From positions 1-32,000 of the forward strand of contig CAYMWF010000025.1 of the NCBI GenBank assembly GCA_964394085.1: a DNA stretch of 32,000 bases, written 5' to 3'. The notes under the pieces are model-generated. The model was not told the origin of the DNA, searched no databases, and worked only from the letters and a program-made list of their open reading frames with translations. The translations under genes were made by a program, and so were the position numbers. The DNA is from an uncultured Gemmatimonadota bacterium. GTDB taxonomy: Bacteria; GCA-2686955; CAYMWF01. Positions 1-7,796 of this stretch are shown here, piece by piece. Within the stretch, counting starts at the first letter, position 1. Each line of letters opens with the position of its first letter.

Positions 1-295
1 ATTCTTCACATGGAGAAAGCCCCTCCTGACCGCGGGTGAGGTTTCGGTCCCGAGCGCCTTCGCTCCGCGGATCTATTCTTCACATGGAGAAAGCCCCTCC
101 TGACCGCGGGTGAGGTTTCGGTCCCGGTCGCCTTCACCTTCGCAGGAGATTCTTCATACGGAGAAAAGATCCGCATAACCGAAGATTAGACCCCGGTGCC
201 GGAGCCTCTCCTTCCCCTGACAGATTCTTCACATGGAGAAAGCCCCTCCTGACCGGAGATGAGGTCACGGTCCAGGTTGCCGGCGTTCCGGAGGT
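1..295. repeat. Degenerate tandem repeat array, period ~74-75 bp, at least 4 units, truncated by the window edge
   Basis: The unit beginning 'attcttcacatggagaaagcccctcctgaccg' occurs at 1, 75 and 224, and a diverged copy 'attcttcatacggagaaaa...' at 149. Units 1 and 2 are identical for ~52 bp; unit 4 keeps the first 32 bp; unit 3 is degenerate. Spacings are 74, 74 and 75 bp. Confidence 0.85.
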
Positions 296-495
296 AAATT
301 TGCGGGGCGATCTCCGATGAAAATCCACCCCGGGATCCGAAAATCCGAACCGGAAAAATATTCCCAAGGCGCCGGATCCGGTGGAAATCCTTTCCCGGAG
401 CAGGCCGTTCATGTGAAAGGGCGGCTTTCGGGTATTCTTTCGTAACTCTTTTGACTTCATAGTTTTATCCGGTCGAAGCAAAGCGGCTCGATCAC

Positions 496-511
496 GGGCA
501 CATCTTTTGCT
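496..511 (+). promoter_or_regulatory. Candidate sigma54 (RpoN) -24/-12 promoter upstream of flgB
   Basis: GGGCACatcttTTGCT compared with consensus TGGCACNNNNNTTGCW. GG (497-498) and GC (509-510) are separated by exactly 10 nt. It lies ~65 bp upstream of the flgB ATG at 577. Confidence 0.6.
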
Positions 512-576
512 GATTTCGGGAGCGGCTACTGCGGCCTGGCCTGGGGCCGGGCACGGTCCGCACGGGAGTTTAAGAG

Positions 577-999
577 ATGATCAAGTTCAAGATGTTCGGC
601 AAGGAAAGCTTCCCCCTCGTTTTCAAATCGATGGAAGCCTACGCCCTGAGGCATAAAACGTCGTCGGACAATATCGCCAACGTGATGACGGAAGGCTACT
701 CCCGGAAAGAAGTTCCTTTCGAGAAAAACCTGCGGAAGGCTCTCAACACCTCCGGATCGACGGCGGGGCAGCGGACGAACGACCGGCACATGAAACTGGG
801 AATTCCTGAAGTAAGCAATTTAAGCATCAAGTTCAAAGCATACGAAAATGAAGAACCGGCGAACGGAATCAACAGCGTTGATATCGACACCGAGATGTCG
901 GAGCTGGCGCAGAACACTCTGCGTTATTCACTCATGGTCTCCTTTCTGACCAAGAAGCTCGGCGACATCCGGTCGGCGATATCCGAAGGAAAGAAGTAA
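577..999 (+). CDS. flgB: Flagellar basal-body rod protein FlgB
   Basis: The ORF contains 'ALRHKTSSDNIANVMTEGYSRKEVPFE' and C-terminal 'DIDTEMSELAQNTLRYSLMVSFLTKKL'; gggag SD at 564-568; adjacent to flgC. Confidence 0.93.
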   Translation: MIKFKMFGKESFPLVFKSMEAYALRHKTSSDNIANVMTEGYSRKEVPFEKNLRKALNTSGSTAGQRTNDRHMKLGIPEVSNLSIKFKAYENEEPANGINSVDIDTEMSELAQNTLRYSLMVSFLTKKLGDIRSAISEGKK

Positions 1000-1506
1000 A
1001 TGGGAACAGGACCCGGAATATTCGGCGCGCTCAAGATCAGCGGCGCGGGACTGTCGGCTCAGCGAGCCAAGATGAACGTGGTGGCCAGGAACATCGCTAA
1101 CGCCTCGACAACCAAGACGGACGACGGCGAAGGTCCCTACCGGAGGAAGCAGGTTTCTTTCACCGCCAAGGACTTTCTCGCGCAGCTCAACAGGAAGGTG
1201 AAAGAGGCCGCGGTGAAGCTCAAGTCGACCAGCGGCTCGCACGTCACGAAACAGCGGCTCGAACCGACCATCCGGGGCGAAGATCCCGGGTCGATCATCG
1301 TCAGGGAGTTCGAGGATGCCAGCCCGGGGCGGCGCATCTACGACCCGGCCCATCCCGATGCTGACGCCGAGGGATACGTGGAGATGCCCAACGTGAGCGT
1401 CATTACCGAAATGATGGACATGATGGCGGCGTCACGGGCGTACGAAGCGAATGTGACCGCGATTCAGTCGGCCAAAAGGATGGCCGGCAAGGCTCTCGAG
1501 ATTTAA
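1000..1506 (+). CDS. flgC: Flagellar basal-body rod protein FlgC
   Basis: 'ALKISGAGLSAQRAKMNVVARNIANASTT' and 'GYVEMPNVSVITEMMDMMAASRAYEANVTAIQSAK'; the start abuts the flgB stop. Confidence 0.96.
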   Translation: MGTGPGIFGALKISGAGLSAQRAKMNVVARNIANASTTKTDDGEGPYRRKQVSFTAKDFLAQLNRKVKEAAVKLKSTSGSHVTKQRLEPTIRGEDPGSIIVREFEDASPGRRIYDPAHPDADAEGYVEMPNVSVITEMMDMMAASRAYEANVTAIQSAKRMAGKALEI

Positions 1507-1524
1507 CAGGGTTGGAGGCGCGGT

Positions 1525-1791
1525 ATGAAGATCGATTCAGCATACTTCATAACAAAATACTCCAAGCACACCGTTACGGCCGGAAATGAACCGGACAAGA
1601 CCTCCGAGGATCTCCGGAACAGGCTCAGGGAGAAACTCGCAGAGATCGAAACCAACGGGAAAAAGGCCGGCGAGGTGGAGCCCGGGAATCTTTCCGAGAT
1701 CGACCGCATCAGGCGTCTTCTCGCGGCCCGGGATGAAGCGAAATCGGCTTCTCCCGAAGGCCTGGGGAAACGGATAGACATCCTGGCGTAG
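1525..1791 (+). CDS. Hypothetical small protein (88 aa) between flgC and fliE
   Basis: Open frame from ATG ('MKIDSAYFITKYSKHTVTAGNEPDKTSEDLRNRLREKLAEIE...') filling the flgC-fliE gap, co-directional, ggag-type signal nearby. No family recognised. Confidence 0.6.
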   Translation: MKIDSAYFITKYSKHTVTAGNEPDKTSEDLRNRLREKLAEIETNGKKAGEVEPGNLSEIDRIRRLLAARDEAKSASPEGLGKRIDILA

Positions 1792-1814
1792 CGCAGCCCG
1801 TGGAGGATACAGAA

Positions 1815-2126
1815 ATGGCGACAATCAGAGAAAACCCGCTTCCCCTGCCGGAAAGGGGCCTGGTCCGTATCCAGCCCGGAGCCGCGAAAACCCGGGAGAC
1901 CCAGAGCGGCGGGTTCGCCGACACCGTCAAGAAACTCGTGATGGAAGTGGACTCGATGCAGAAAGACGCTGACGGGAAGGTCCAGGACTTCGCTACCGGC
2001 AAGGTAACCGACATTCACGAAGTAACGATAGCGGCGGAGCAGTCCAGGCTTGCATTCAGCCTGCTCCTCCAGGTCCGCAATAAATTACTCGATGCGTACC
2101 ACGAAGTGATGCGCACGCAGGTCTAA
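1815..2126 (+). CDS. fliE: Flagellar hook-basal body complex protein FliE
   Basis: 'SGGFADTVKKLVMEVDSMQKDADGKVQDFATGKVTDIHEVTIAAEQSRLAFSLLLQVRNKLLDAYHEVMRTQV'. ATG at 1815 has a ggagg SD; the ORF track start at 1800 is an upstream GTG. Confidence 0.94.
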   Translation: MATIRENPLPLPERGLVRIQPGAAKTRETQSGGFADTVKKLVMEVDSMQKDADGKVQDFATGKVTDIHEVTIAAEQSRLAFSLLLQVRNKLLDAYHEVMRTQV

Positions 2127-2148
2127 CAGGGAACGGTAAGCTTAGCAG

Positions 2149-3663
2149 ATGGGAAAAATACTCGAACAACTGAAGCTCCTCCCCGAGAAGTGGGCGGCCC
2201 TGACCCCGAACCAGCGCGTTTACGCCGCCCTCGGAACCGGTGCGGTAATCGCCCTGGCCTGTTTCGCCGCCATCATCTCGGGCGGAGAAAGTTACGAAAT
2301 CCTCTACGCCGATCTCGAACCGGAACAGTCCGCGGCCATCAGCAGCAAGCTGGGCGAAATGGGCATCCCGTTCAAGACCCATCAGCAGGGTAAGACGATA
2401 CTGGTTCCGTCGGGGCAGAAACAGTCGGTCATCGTCGCCCTGGCTTCGGAAGGCTTCCCCAGACGGGTGAAGAACGGCTATCTCGACCTGGACACCGCGC
2501 AGTGGGGCCAGACCGAGCTGATGCAGAAAATCTCGATTGTCCGCGCAAAAGAAGGAGAGCTCGAGAATACGCTTTCCAAGCTTTACGAGATCGACCAGGC
2601 GCGCGTGCACCTCGCCATCCCGGAGGAATCGCTCTTCAAGGAAGAGGAGAGCCCCGCCACTGCCGCGGTATTTCTCAAGCTGCGCGTCGGAACGACCCTC
2701 GGCCGGGAAAGAGTCGAAGCCGTAAAATACATGATTTCATCCAGCGTCGAGGGGCTGGAGCCCACCAATATCACGATCACCGATTCCGACGGCAACCTTC
2801 TCGCCAGAGGAGGCATGGAGAACACCGAAAGCTTCAAGACGGAGGAGCGTCTGGCCACCAGGCGGGGTATCGAAAAGTATCTCGAAGACAAGGCGATGTC
2901 GATCATCGGCGACGTCATCGGCTGGGAAAAGGCGCGGGTGAAGGTAGCGGTGGAGCTCGACTACGAACAGGTTGATAAAACCATCGAAAGCTACGATCCG
3001 GATAAGGTGGCGGTGCGGAGCGAAGAACGGCGCGAAGAGACCGGCGGCAGCGAAGGGGCCGAAGTCAGCATAACGAACTACGAGATCAACCGCACCGTGG
3101 AGCACATCGTCGAGGAAACCGGGAACGTGCTCACCATCTCCGCGGCGATTCTGGTGGACGGCAAGTATATGGAAAACGCCGAAGGGGTTGTCGAATACGC
3201 GCCCAGGTCGGCCCAGGAGCTCGACCAGCTCGCATCTCTCGCGAAAAACGCCATCGGGTTCGACGAAGACAGAGGCGACACCTTCGAGATAGTGAACCTG
3301 CCTTTCGACACTTCCGGAGTGGAGCGCGCCATAACCGAGGTAGCAACCACCGCTACTCTCGATTACGTGCGCAACATGGCCATAAGGGTGCTCATTCTCG
3401 TCCTGATCCTGGGCATCTTTTTCATGTTGAAGAAAAAACTCCATCAGGTTTTCGAAGAACTGGAGACGGAAGAGCCTCTCCCGCCGATGGAAGACGTCGA
3501 GGAGGAACGTAAGGAAAAGCTCAAGCGCCTTCTCCCCGCCGGCGGAATGTACTCTCACGAAGACGAGCAGATACAACTGATGCAGGAAGAAATTCAGAAG
3601 TTCGCTCAGGAGGAGCCGGATGCAACCGCCGGCTTCATCAGGTCGTGGCTGGCTGAAGACTGA
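2149..3663 (+). CDS. fliF: Flagellar MS-ring protein FliF
   Basis: N-terminal TM followed by 'YEILYADLEPEQSAAISSKLGEMGIPFKTHQQGKTILVP', plus 'QKISIVRAKEGELENTLSKLYEIDQARVHLAIPEES' and a C-terminal TM and FliG-binding tail. Confidence 0.97.
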   Translation: MGKILEQLKLLPEKWAALTPNQRVYAALGTGAVIALACFAAIISGGESYEILYADLEPEQSAAISSKLGEMGIPFKTHQQGKTILVPSGQKQSVIVALASEGFPRRVKNGYLDLDTAQWGQTELMQKISIVRAKEGELENTLSKLYEIDQARVHLAIPEESLFKEEESPATAAVFLKLRVGTTLGRERVEAVKYMISSSVEGLEPTNITITDSDGNLLARGGMENTESFKTEERLATRRGIEKYLEDKAMSIIGDVIGWEKARVKVAVELDYEQVDKTIESYDPDKVAVRSEERREETGGSEGAEVSITNYEINRTVEHIVEETGNVLTISAAILVDGKYMENAEGVVEYAPRSAQELDQLASLAKNAIGFDEDRGDTFEIVNLPFDTSGVERAITEVATTATLDYVRNMAIRVLILVLILGIFFMLKKKLHQVFEELETEEPLPPMEDVEEERKEKLKRLLPAGGMYSHEDEQIQLMQEEIQKFAQEEPDATAGFIRSWLAED

Positions 3664-3680
3664 AACGGAGGAACCGGGTC

Positions 3681-4697
3681 TTGGCGAGAAAAAAAGACGG
3701 CATGTCGGGAACAGTGAAGAGCGCCGTACTCCTGGTTTCCCTCGGCTCGGAAATCGCCGGGCCGGTAATCGGGAGCCTTACGGATGATGAAATAGAGAGA
3801 ATCAGTCTCGAAATCGCGGACATGAAAATGGTTTCGAAAGAACTGCGCCTCAAAGTTACGAGGGAATTCTACTCGATAATCGCCGCCCAGGCTTACGTTT
3901 CCAAGGGTGGTTTCGGATACGCGAAAGATCTTCTTTCCACCGCCCTCGACAAGGGTAAAGCCAACGACATCCTCAGAAAAGTTCAGGGAGCGATGGAAAA
4001 GAGGGATTTCCACCTGCTGCGCAGTATCGACCCGATGCAGCTCGCGAATTTCATTCAGAACGAGCATCCCCAGACGATCGCCCTGATTGTTTCCCATCTC
4101 GATCCGAACCAGGCCGCCGCGATACTCTCGAGGCTTCCGGAAGAACTGCAGGTTGAAGTGGCCCTGAGGATCTCTCTCATGGAGCCGGCATCCCCCGAGA
4201 TTATCGCCGAGGTGGAAGAAGCGCTCGAAAGCAAAACGGCGTCTCTCATCAACGCCGAGACATCGACATACGGCGGCGTCGATTCGATTGTCAACATGCT
4301 GCTCGAAAGCGACAGGGCCACCGAGAAGAAGATCATCGAAGGTATCGAGCAGGAATATCCTGATATCGCCAACAGCATCCGCAACCAGATGTTCCTGTTC
4401 GAGGATCTCATCAAAATGGACAACAAGGATATCCAGGCGGTTCTCAAGGAAGTGGAAACCGGAGACCTGGTGCTCGCTCTCAAGGTGTCCAGCGATGAGC
4501 TCAAGGAACTTATCTTAGGAAACATGTCGACCCGGGCGTCCAAAACTCTCATGGAAGACCTGGAGGTTCTCGGCCCGGTCAAGCTCAAGTTCGTAGAGGA
4601 AGCCCAGCAGAAGATCGTCGGCGTGGTGCGCAAGCTCGAAGAAGAGGGCACCATATCGGGTGCAAGGGGCAGCGGAGAGGATGAAGTTGTCATCTAA
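3681..4697 (+). CDS. fliG: Flagellar motor switch protein FliG
   Basis: 'LKSAVLLVSLGSE...' type N-terminus, 'ENPHP'-like 'IQNEHPQTIALIVSHLDPNQAAAILSRLPEELQVEVALRI', and C-terminal 'LILGNMSTRASKTLMEDLEVLGPVKL'. TTG start with ggagg SD. Confidence 0.97.
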   Translation: MARKKDGMSGTVKSAVLLVSLGSEIAGPVIGSLTDDEIERISLEIADMKMVSKELRLKVTREFYSIIAAQAYVSKGGFGYAKDLLSTALDKGKANDILRKVQGAMEKRDFHLLRSIDPMQLANFIQNEHPQTIALIVSHLDPNQAAAILSRLPEELQVEVALRISLMEPASPEIIAEVEEALESKTASLINAETSTYGGVDSIVNMLLESDRATEKKIIEGIEQEYPDIANSIRNQMFLFEDLIKMDNKDIQAVLKEVETGDLVLALKVSSDELKELILGNMSTRASKTLMEDLEVLGPVKLKFVEEAQQKIVGVVRKLEEEGTISGARGSGEDEVVI

Positions 4698-5445
4698 TCT
4701 TTATAAGTCGGTCGAATACATCCCCGTAGCCCGGACCATCGGCAGCCGGGTGCTGGAGATCCTCCGGGGAACCGGTGAAAGCGCCGGCGTAGAAACGTCC
4801 ACGGATACGAATGCCGATTCTGCAGCGGAATTGGATCCCGAGGGGAACATTATCGAAGCCGGCACGGAGAATGAGAATTCCGCCGGCAAAGGAAACGAGG
4901 AAACCGGCGGCATCGATGCCGAGGAGATGGAAAAGATTGCTGCGGAAGCCGAGGAACGGGGATACAAACGCGGATTCAACGACCTGGTCGCCGTGAAAAA
5001 AGAGAAAATGATTAAAAAGCTGAAAAAGGAAACCGCCCAACTGGATCTTCTCCTCCGGAAGCTGGGCGAGTCTAAATTCCACGCGGTGGATCAGGCGACC
5101 GGGTCGGTGATGGAGCTCGCCCTGGCGCTTTCCCGCCGTATTACCAGGTGCGAAACGAGATTCAGACCCGAGGTGATGGCGAAGGCGGTGGAAGAGACCA
5201 TCAGGAAATTCGTCTCTTCCGGCGAAGTGACCCTGAGGATGAACCCGTCCGATCTGGCAAGGTTCGAAGAGAAAGGGATCACCATCGATAACGGAGCCGT
5301 CCGTTTCGTCGAAGATTCCGAGGTCTCGACGGGCGGATTCCTGCTGAACCTCGAAACCGGAGATGTGGACGGAAGGCTCGAATCGGTCGAGTCGGAGATG
5401 GCTGACCTGCTCGAAGAGCTGTACGGGAAAGGAGCGTCGCGATGA
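4681..5445 (+). CDS. fliH: Flagellar assembly protein FliH
   Basis: Position between fliG and fliI; 'AEERGYKRGFNDLVAVKKEKMIKKLKKE' coil and C-terminal 'VTLRMNPSDLARFEEKGITIDNGAVRFVEDSEVSTGGFLLNLETGDVDGRLESVESEM'. Likely ATG at 4681 (ORF track start at 4660), overlapping fliG. Confidence 0.9.
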   Translation: MKLSSNLYKSVEYIPVARTIGSRVLEILRGTGESAGVETSTDTNADSAAELDPEGNIIEAGTENENSAGKGNEETGGIDAEEMEKIAAEAEERGYKRGFNDLVAVKKEKMIKKLKKETAQLDLLLRKLGESKFHAVDQATGSVMELALALSRRITRCETRFRPEVMAKAVEETIRKFVSSGEVTLRMNPSDLARFEEKGITIDNGAVRFVEDSEVSTGGFLLNLETGDVDGRLESVESEMADLLEELYGKGASR

Positions 5446-6803
5446 CGATCGACTCCCGGCTGGAAGCAGCCCTCAGCAGGATCGGCACCTTCGAACCCGT
5501 GTGCGCGAAAGGCGAGATCGTGCAGGTTACGGGTCTCCTCGTCGAAGCGTCGCTCCCCGACCTGCCGGTCGGCTCGTTATGCCGTCTGCACGACAGGAAG
5601 GGCCGCGTCGTCGGGCGGGCGGAAGTCATAGGCTTCTCCGAGCGATACACCCGCCTCATGCCTCTCGATCATGTCACGGGGCTCGGCTCCGGGTTCCCGG
5701 TAACGGCCGAGTGCAGACCGCTCGAAATCCCCGTCGGAGAAACGCTCCTCGGGCGGGTCCTGGACGGCACCTGCAACCCGATCGACGGGAAAGGTCCCCT
5801 GGGAGCGAAGGAATACCGGACCCTCGACGCAAAACCGGTCAACCCGGTGGATCGCGGAAGAATCTCGAAACCGATATCCACCGGCATTCGATGCGTCGAC
5901 AGCCTCCTCACCATCGGGAGCGGGCAGCGGTTCGGAATCTTTTCAGGGAGCGGCGTGGGTAAGAGCATGCTTCTCGGCATGATCGCCCGCCATACATCGG
6001 CCGACGTAAACGTGGTCGCCCTCATCGGGGAGCGCAGCAGGGAAGTGAACGAATTCCTCGAAAAGAACCTGGGTCCCGAGGGGCTGGCGAGGTCTGTTGT
6101 GATAACAGTCACCTCCGGAGAACCCGCGATCCGCAAGATAAAAGGGGCCTTCGCAGCCACTACCGTTGCGGAACATTTCAGGGACCAGGGTAAAAACGTA
6201 ATGCTCATGCTCGACTCTCTCACTCGCATCGCCATGGCGCAGAGAGAGATAGGGCTTGCCGGAGGCGAACCTCCTACGACGAGGGGATACACGCCTTCGG
6301 TCTTCGACCTGCTTCAAAGGCTCCTGGAAAGGGCCGGGCTCGCCGGGGACGGGAGCATAACCGGCGCTTACACGGTGCTCGTGGAAGGCGATGATTTCAA
6401 CGAACCGGTTTCCGACACCGTCCGATCGATACTGGACGGTCACCTGATGCTGTCCCGGAAGCTCGCGAACAGGGGCTGCTACCCGGCAATCGACGTGCTC
6501 GAAAGCATTTCGAGAGTGATGCCCGACATCGTTGATGCCGGCCATCTCGAAGCCGCGGGCCGGTTCAGGGAAATGACCGCGCTGTACGAAGAGACGGAAG
6601 ATCTTATAACCATCGGCGCCTACCGGGAAGGCCAGAACCCCGAAGTGGACAGGGCGGTGTCGAAAAGAGAAGAGATGATTGGATTCATAAGGCAATCGAT
6701 GGACGAACCTTCAGATTATGAATCAGGCAGGCGGAACCTGCTGAAACTCACCGGCGGTATTACTGATGAAGCGGTTCAAATTCAGGCTGGACAGAGTGCT
6801 TAA
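5442..6803 (+). CDS. fliI: Flagellum-specific type III export ATPase FliI
   Basis: Walker A 'GIFSGSGVGKSMLLGMIARHT', Walker B region 'VMLMLDSLTRIAMAQREIGLAGGEPPTTRGYTPSVF', F1-ATPase-like. ATGA overlap with fliH. Confidence 0.98.
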   Translation: MTIDSRLEAALSRIGTFEPVCAKGEIVQVTGLLVEASLPDLPVGSLCRLHDRKGRVVGRAEVIGFSERYTRLMPLDHVTGLGSGFPVTAECRPLEIPVGETLLGRVLDGTCNPIDGKGPLGAKEYRTLDAKPVNPVDRGRISKPISTGIRCVDSLLTIGSGQRFGIFSGSGVGKSMLLGMIARHTSADVNVVALIGERSREVNEFLEKNLGPEGLARSVVITVTSGEPAIRKIKGAFAATTVAEHFRDQGKNVMLMLDSLTRIAMAQREIGLAGGEPPTTRGYTPSVFDLLQRLLERAGLAGDGSITGAYTVLVEGDDFNEPVSDTVRSILDGHLMLSRKLANRGCYPAIDVLESISRVMPDIVDAGHLEAAGRFREMTALYEETEDLITIGAYREGQNPEVDRAVSKREEMIGFIRQSMDEPSDYESGRRNLLKLTGGITDEAVQIQAGQSA

Positions 6804-7221
6804 GTACAAACGCCATATGGAAGAAATCGAAAAGCAGAATTTTCATTCCGCGCTGGCGAAGTTCCACGAGGAAGAAAAAGTTCTGAATACCCAGCTTTCG
6901 GCGAGAAGAATGTACGCCGAGCGCCTTGCAGGGCGGCTCTCGGGCCCGCTCCAGCTCATGGACGTAAAGGACCACAGGATCTTCATCGATTCGCTGAACG
7001 AATCGATTCGAACCCAGAGAGAGCAGGTCACGGCGCTCGGAGAACTGGTTGAAAAGAAGAGGACCGTCTACATGGAGGCCCTTCGGGAAGTCAAGAAGCT
7101 CGAAAGGCTCGAAGAGCGCGCAAGGGAGGAGTTCGACTTCGAATCCGAGCGTGAGGAACGTTACATCCTGGATGAAATCGCCCTTCGCGGATCTCCTGAC
7201 CCGGAGCCGGTAAATGAATAG
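6766..7221 (+). CDS. fliJ: Flagellar export protein FliJ
   Basis: 'MKRFKFRLDRVLKYKRHMEEIEKQNFHSAL...' coiled-coil protein directly after fliI; overlaps fliI by 38 nt. Confidence 0.88.
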   Translation: MKRFKFRLDRVLKYKRHMEEIEKQNFHSALAKFHEEEKVLNTQLSARRMYAERLAGRLSGPLQLMDVKDHRIFIDSLNESIRTQREQVTALGELVEKKRTVYMEALREVKKLERLEERAREEFDFESEREERYILDEIALRGSPDPEPVNE

Positions 7222-7795
7222 TCCGATAATGATATTCCTCTTCGGCATAGGGCTTTTCCTGCTCGTATTCAACGCCCTGTTTTTTTTATCGGGGATGGTC
7301 ACGGTCAGGGATATAGGCGAAGAGGCGGGCCTGGTGGAGCGGGACAGTCTTTCCATCGAAGAGCGGGAATTAACCGAAATCGAACAGGCGCAGATCACCC
7401 TGGCAAGGGAAATGGCGGTCGTGGACAGCCTCAAGGCGGAAATCGAAACCAGGGAAAAGTCCGTCGGGGCGAGAGAAGCGGAAGTTCAGCGGAAAGCCCA
7501 GCAGCTCGAAGCGCTGGAAGGCCGTTTCGAAACGACTCTCGCCGAAATGGAGCAGAGCGATCTCCGTCGCCTGGCAAAGGTCTACGGCAGTATGAAACCG
7601 CAATTCGCGGCGATGGTAATCGATACTCTCGAAATGGAGCTCGCAGTAAAGCTCCTCGCCACGGTGCAGGCGCGGCAGAGTGCAAAAATCCTTTCTAATC
7701 TCAATCCTTCAAGGGCGGCGGAACTGTCGGCGAGGATCGCCATGTCGCGTGAACGCGAGAATATCCAGACCGAGCTCAAGAAACAGGGCGGATGA
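7214..7795 (+). CDS. MotE/FlbB-like periplasmic coiled-coil protein (MgtE_N-like C-terminus)
   Basis: Single N-terminal TM 'IMIFLFGIGLFLLVFNALFFLSGM', long coiled coil, then 'KVYGSMKPQFAAMVIDTLEMELAVKLLATVQARQSAKILSNLNPSRAAELSARI', typical of the MgtE_N-like domain in MotE/FlbB. Confidence 0.75.
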   Translation: MNSPIMIFLFGIGLFLLVFNALFFLSGMVTVRDIGEEAGLVERDSLSIEERELTEIEQAQITLAREMAVVDSLKAEIETREKSVGAREAEVQRKAQQLEALEGRFETTLAEMEQSDLRRLAKVYGSMKPQFAAMVIDTLEMELAVKLLATVQARQSAKILSNLNPSRAAELSARIAMSRERENIQTELKKQGG

Positions 7796-7796
7796 A

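Noticed and set aside
1-295. CRISPR array
   Set aside because: The conserved block is ~50 bp, one unit is strongly diverged, the inter-block segments are similar between units 1 and 2 instead of unique spacers, and no cas genes are present. A degenerate tandem repeat fits better.
134-481. Minus-strand ORF of 115 aa over the repeat region
   Set aside because: It reads through the repeat units and low-complexity leader, has no recognisable domain, and opposes the probable flgB promoter at 496-511. Probably spurious.
2737-3576. Minus-strand ORF (279 aa) opposite fliF
   Set aside because: Antisense shadow of a well-supported fliF; composition artefact of the coding strand.
5943-6695. Minus-strand ORF (250 aa) opposite fliI
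   Set aside because: Antisense of the conserved FliI ATPase domain; no independent evidence for coding.
7680-7796. N-terminal extension of fliK given by the ORF track
   Set aside because: It overlaps the MotE-like gene extensively with Arg-rich nonsense-like sequence. ATG at 7797 fits the operon spacing and gives a FliK-like N-terminus.
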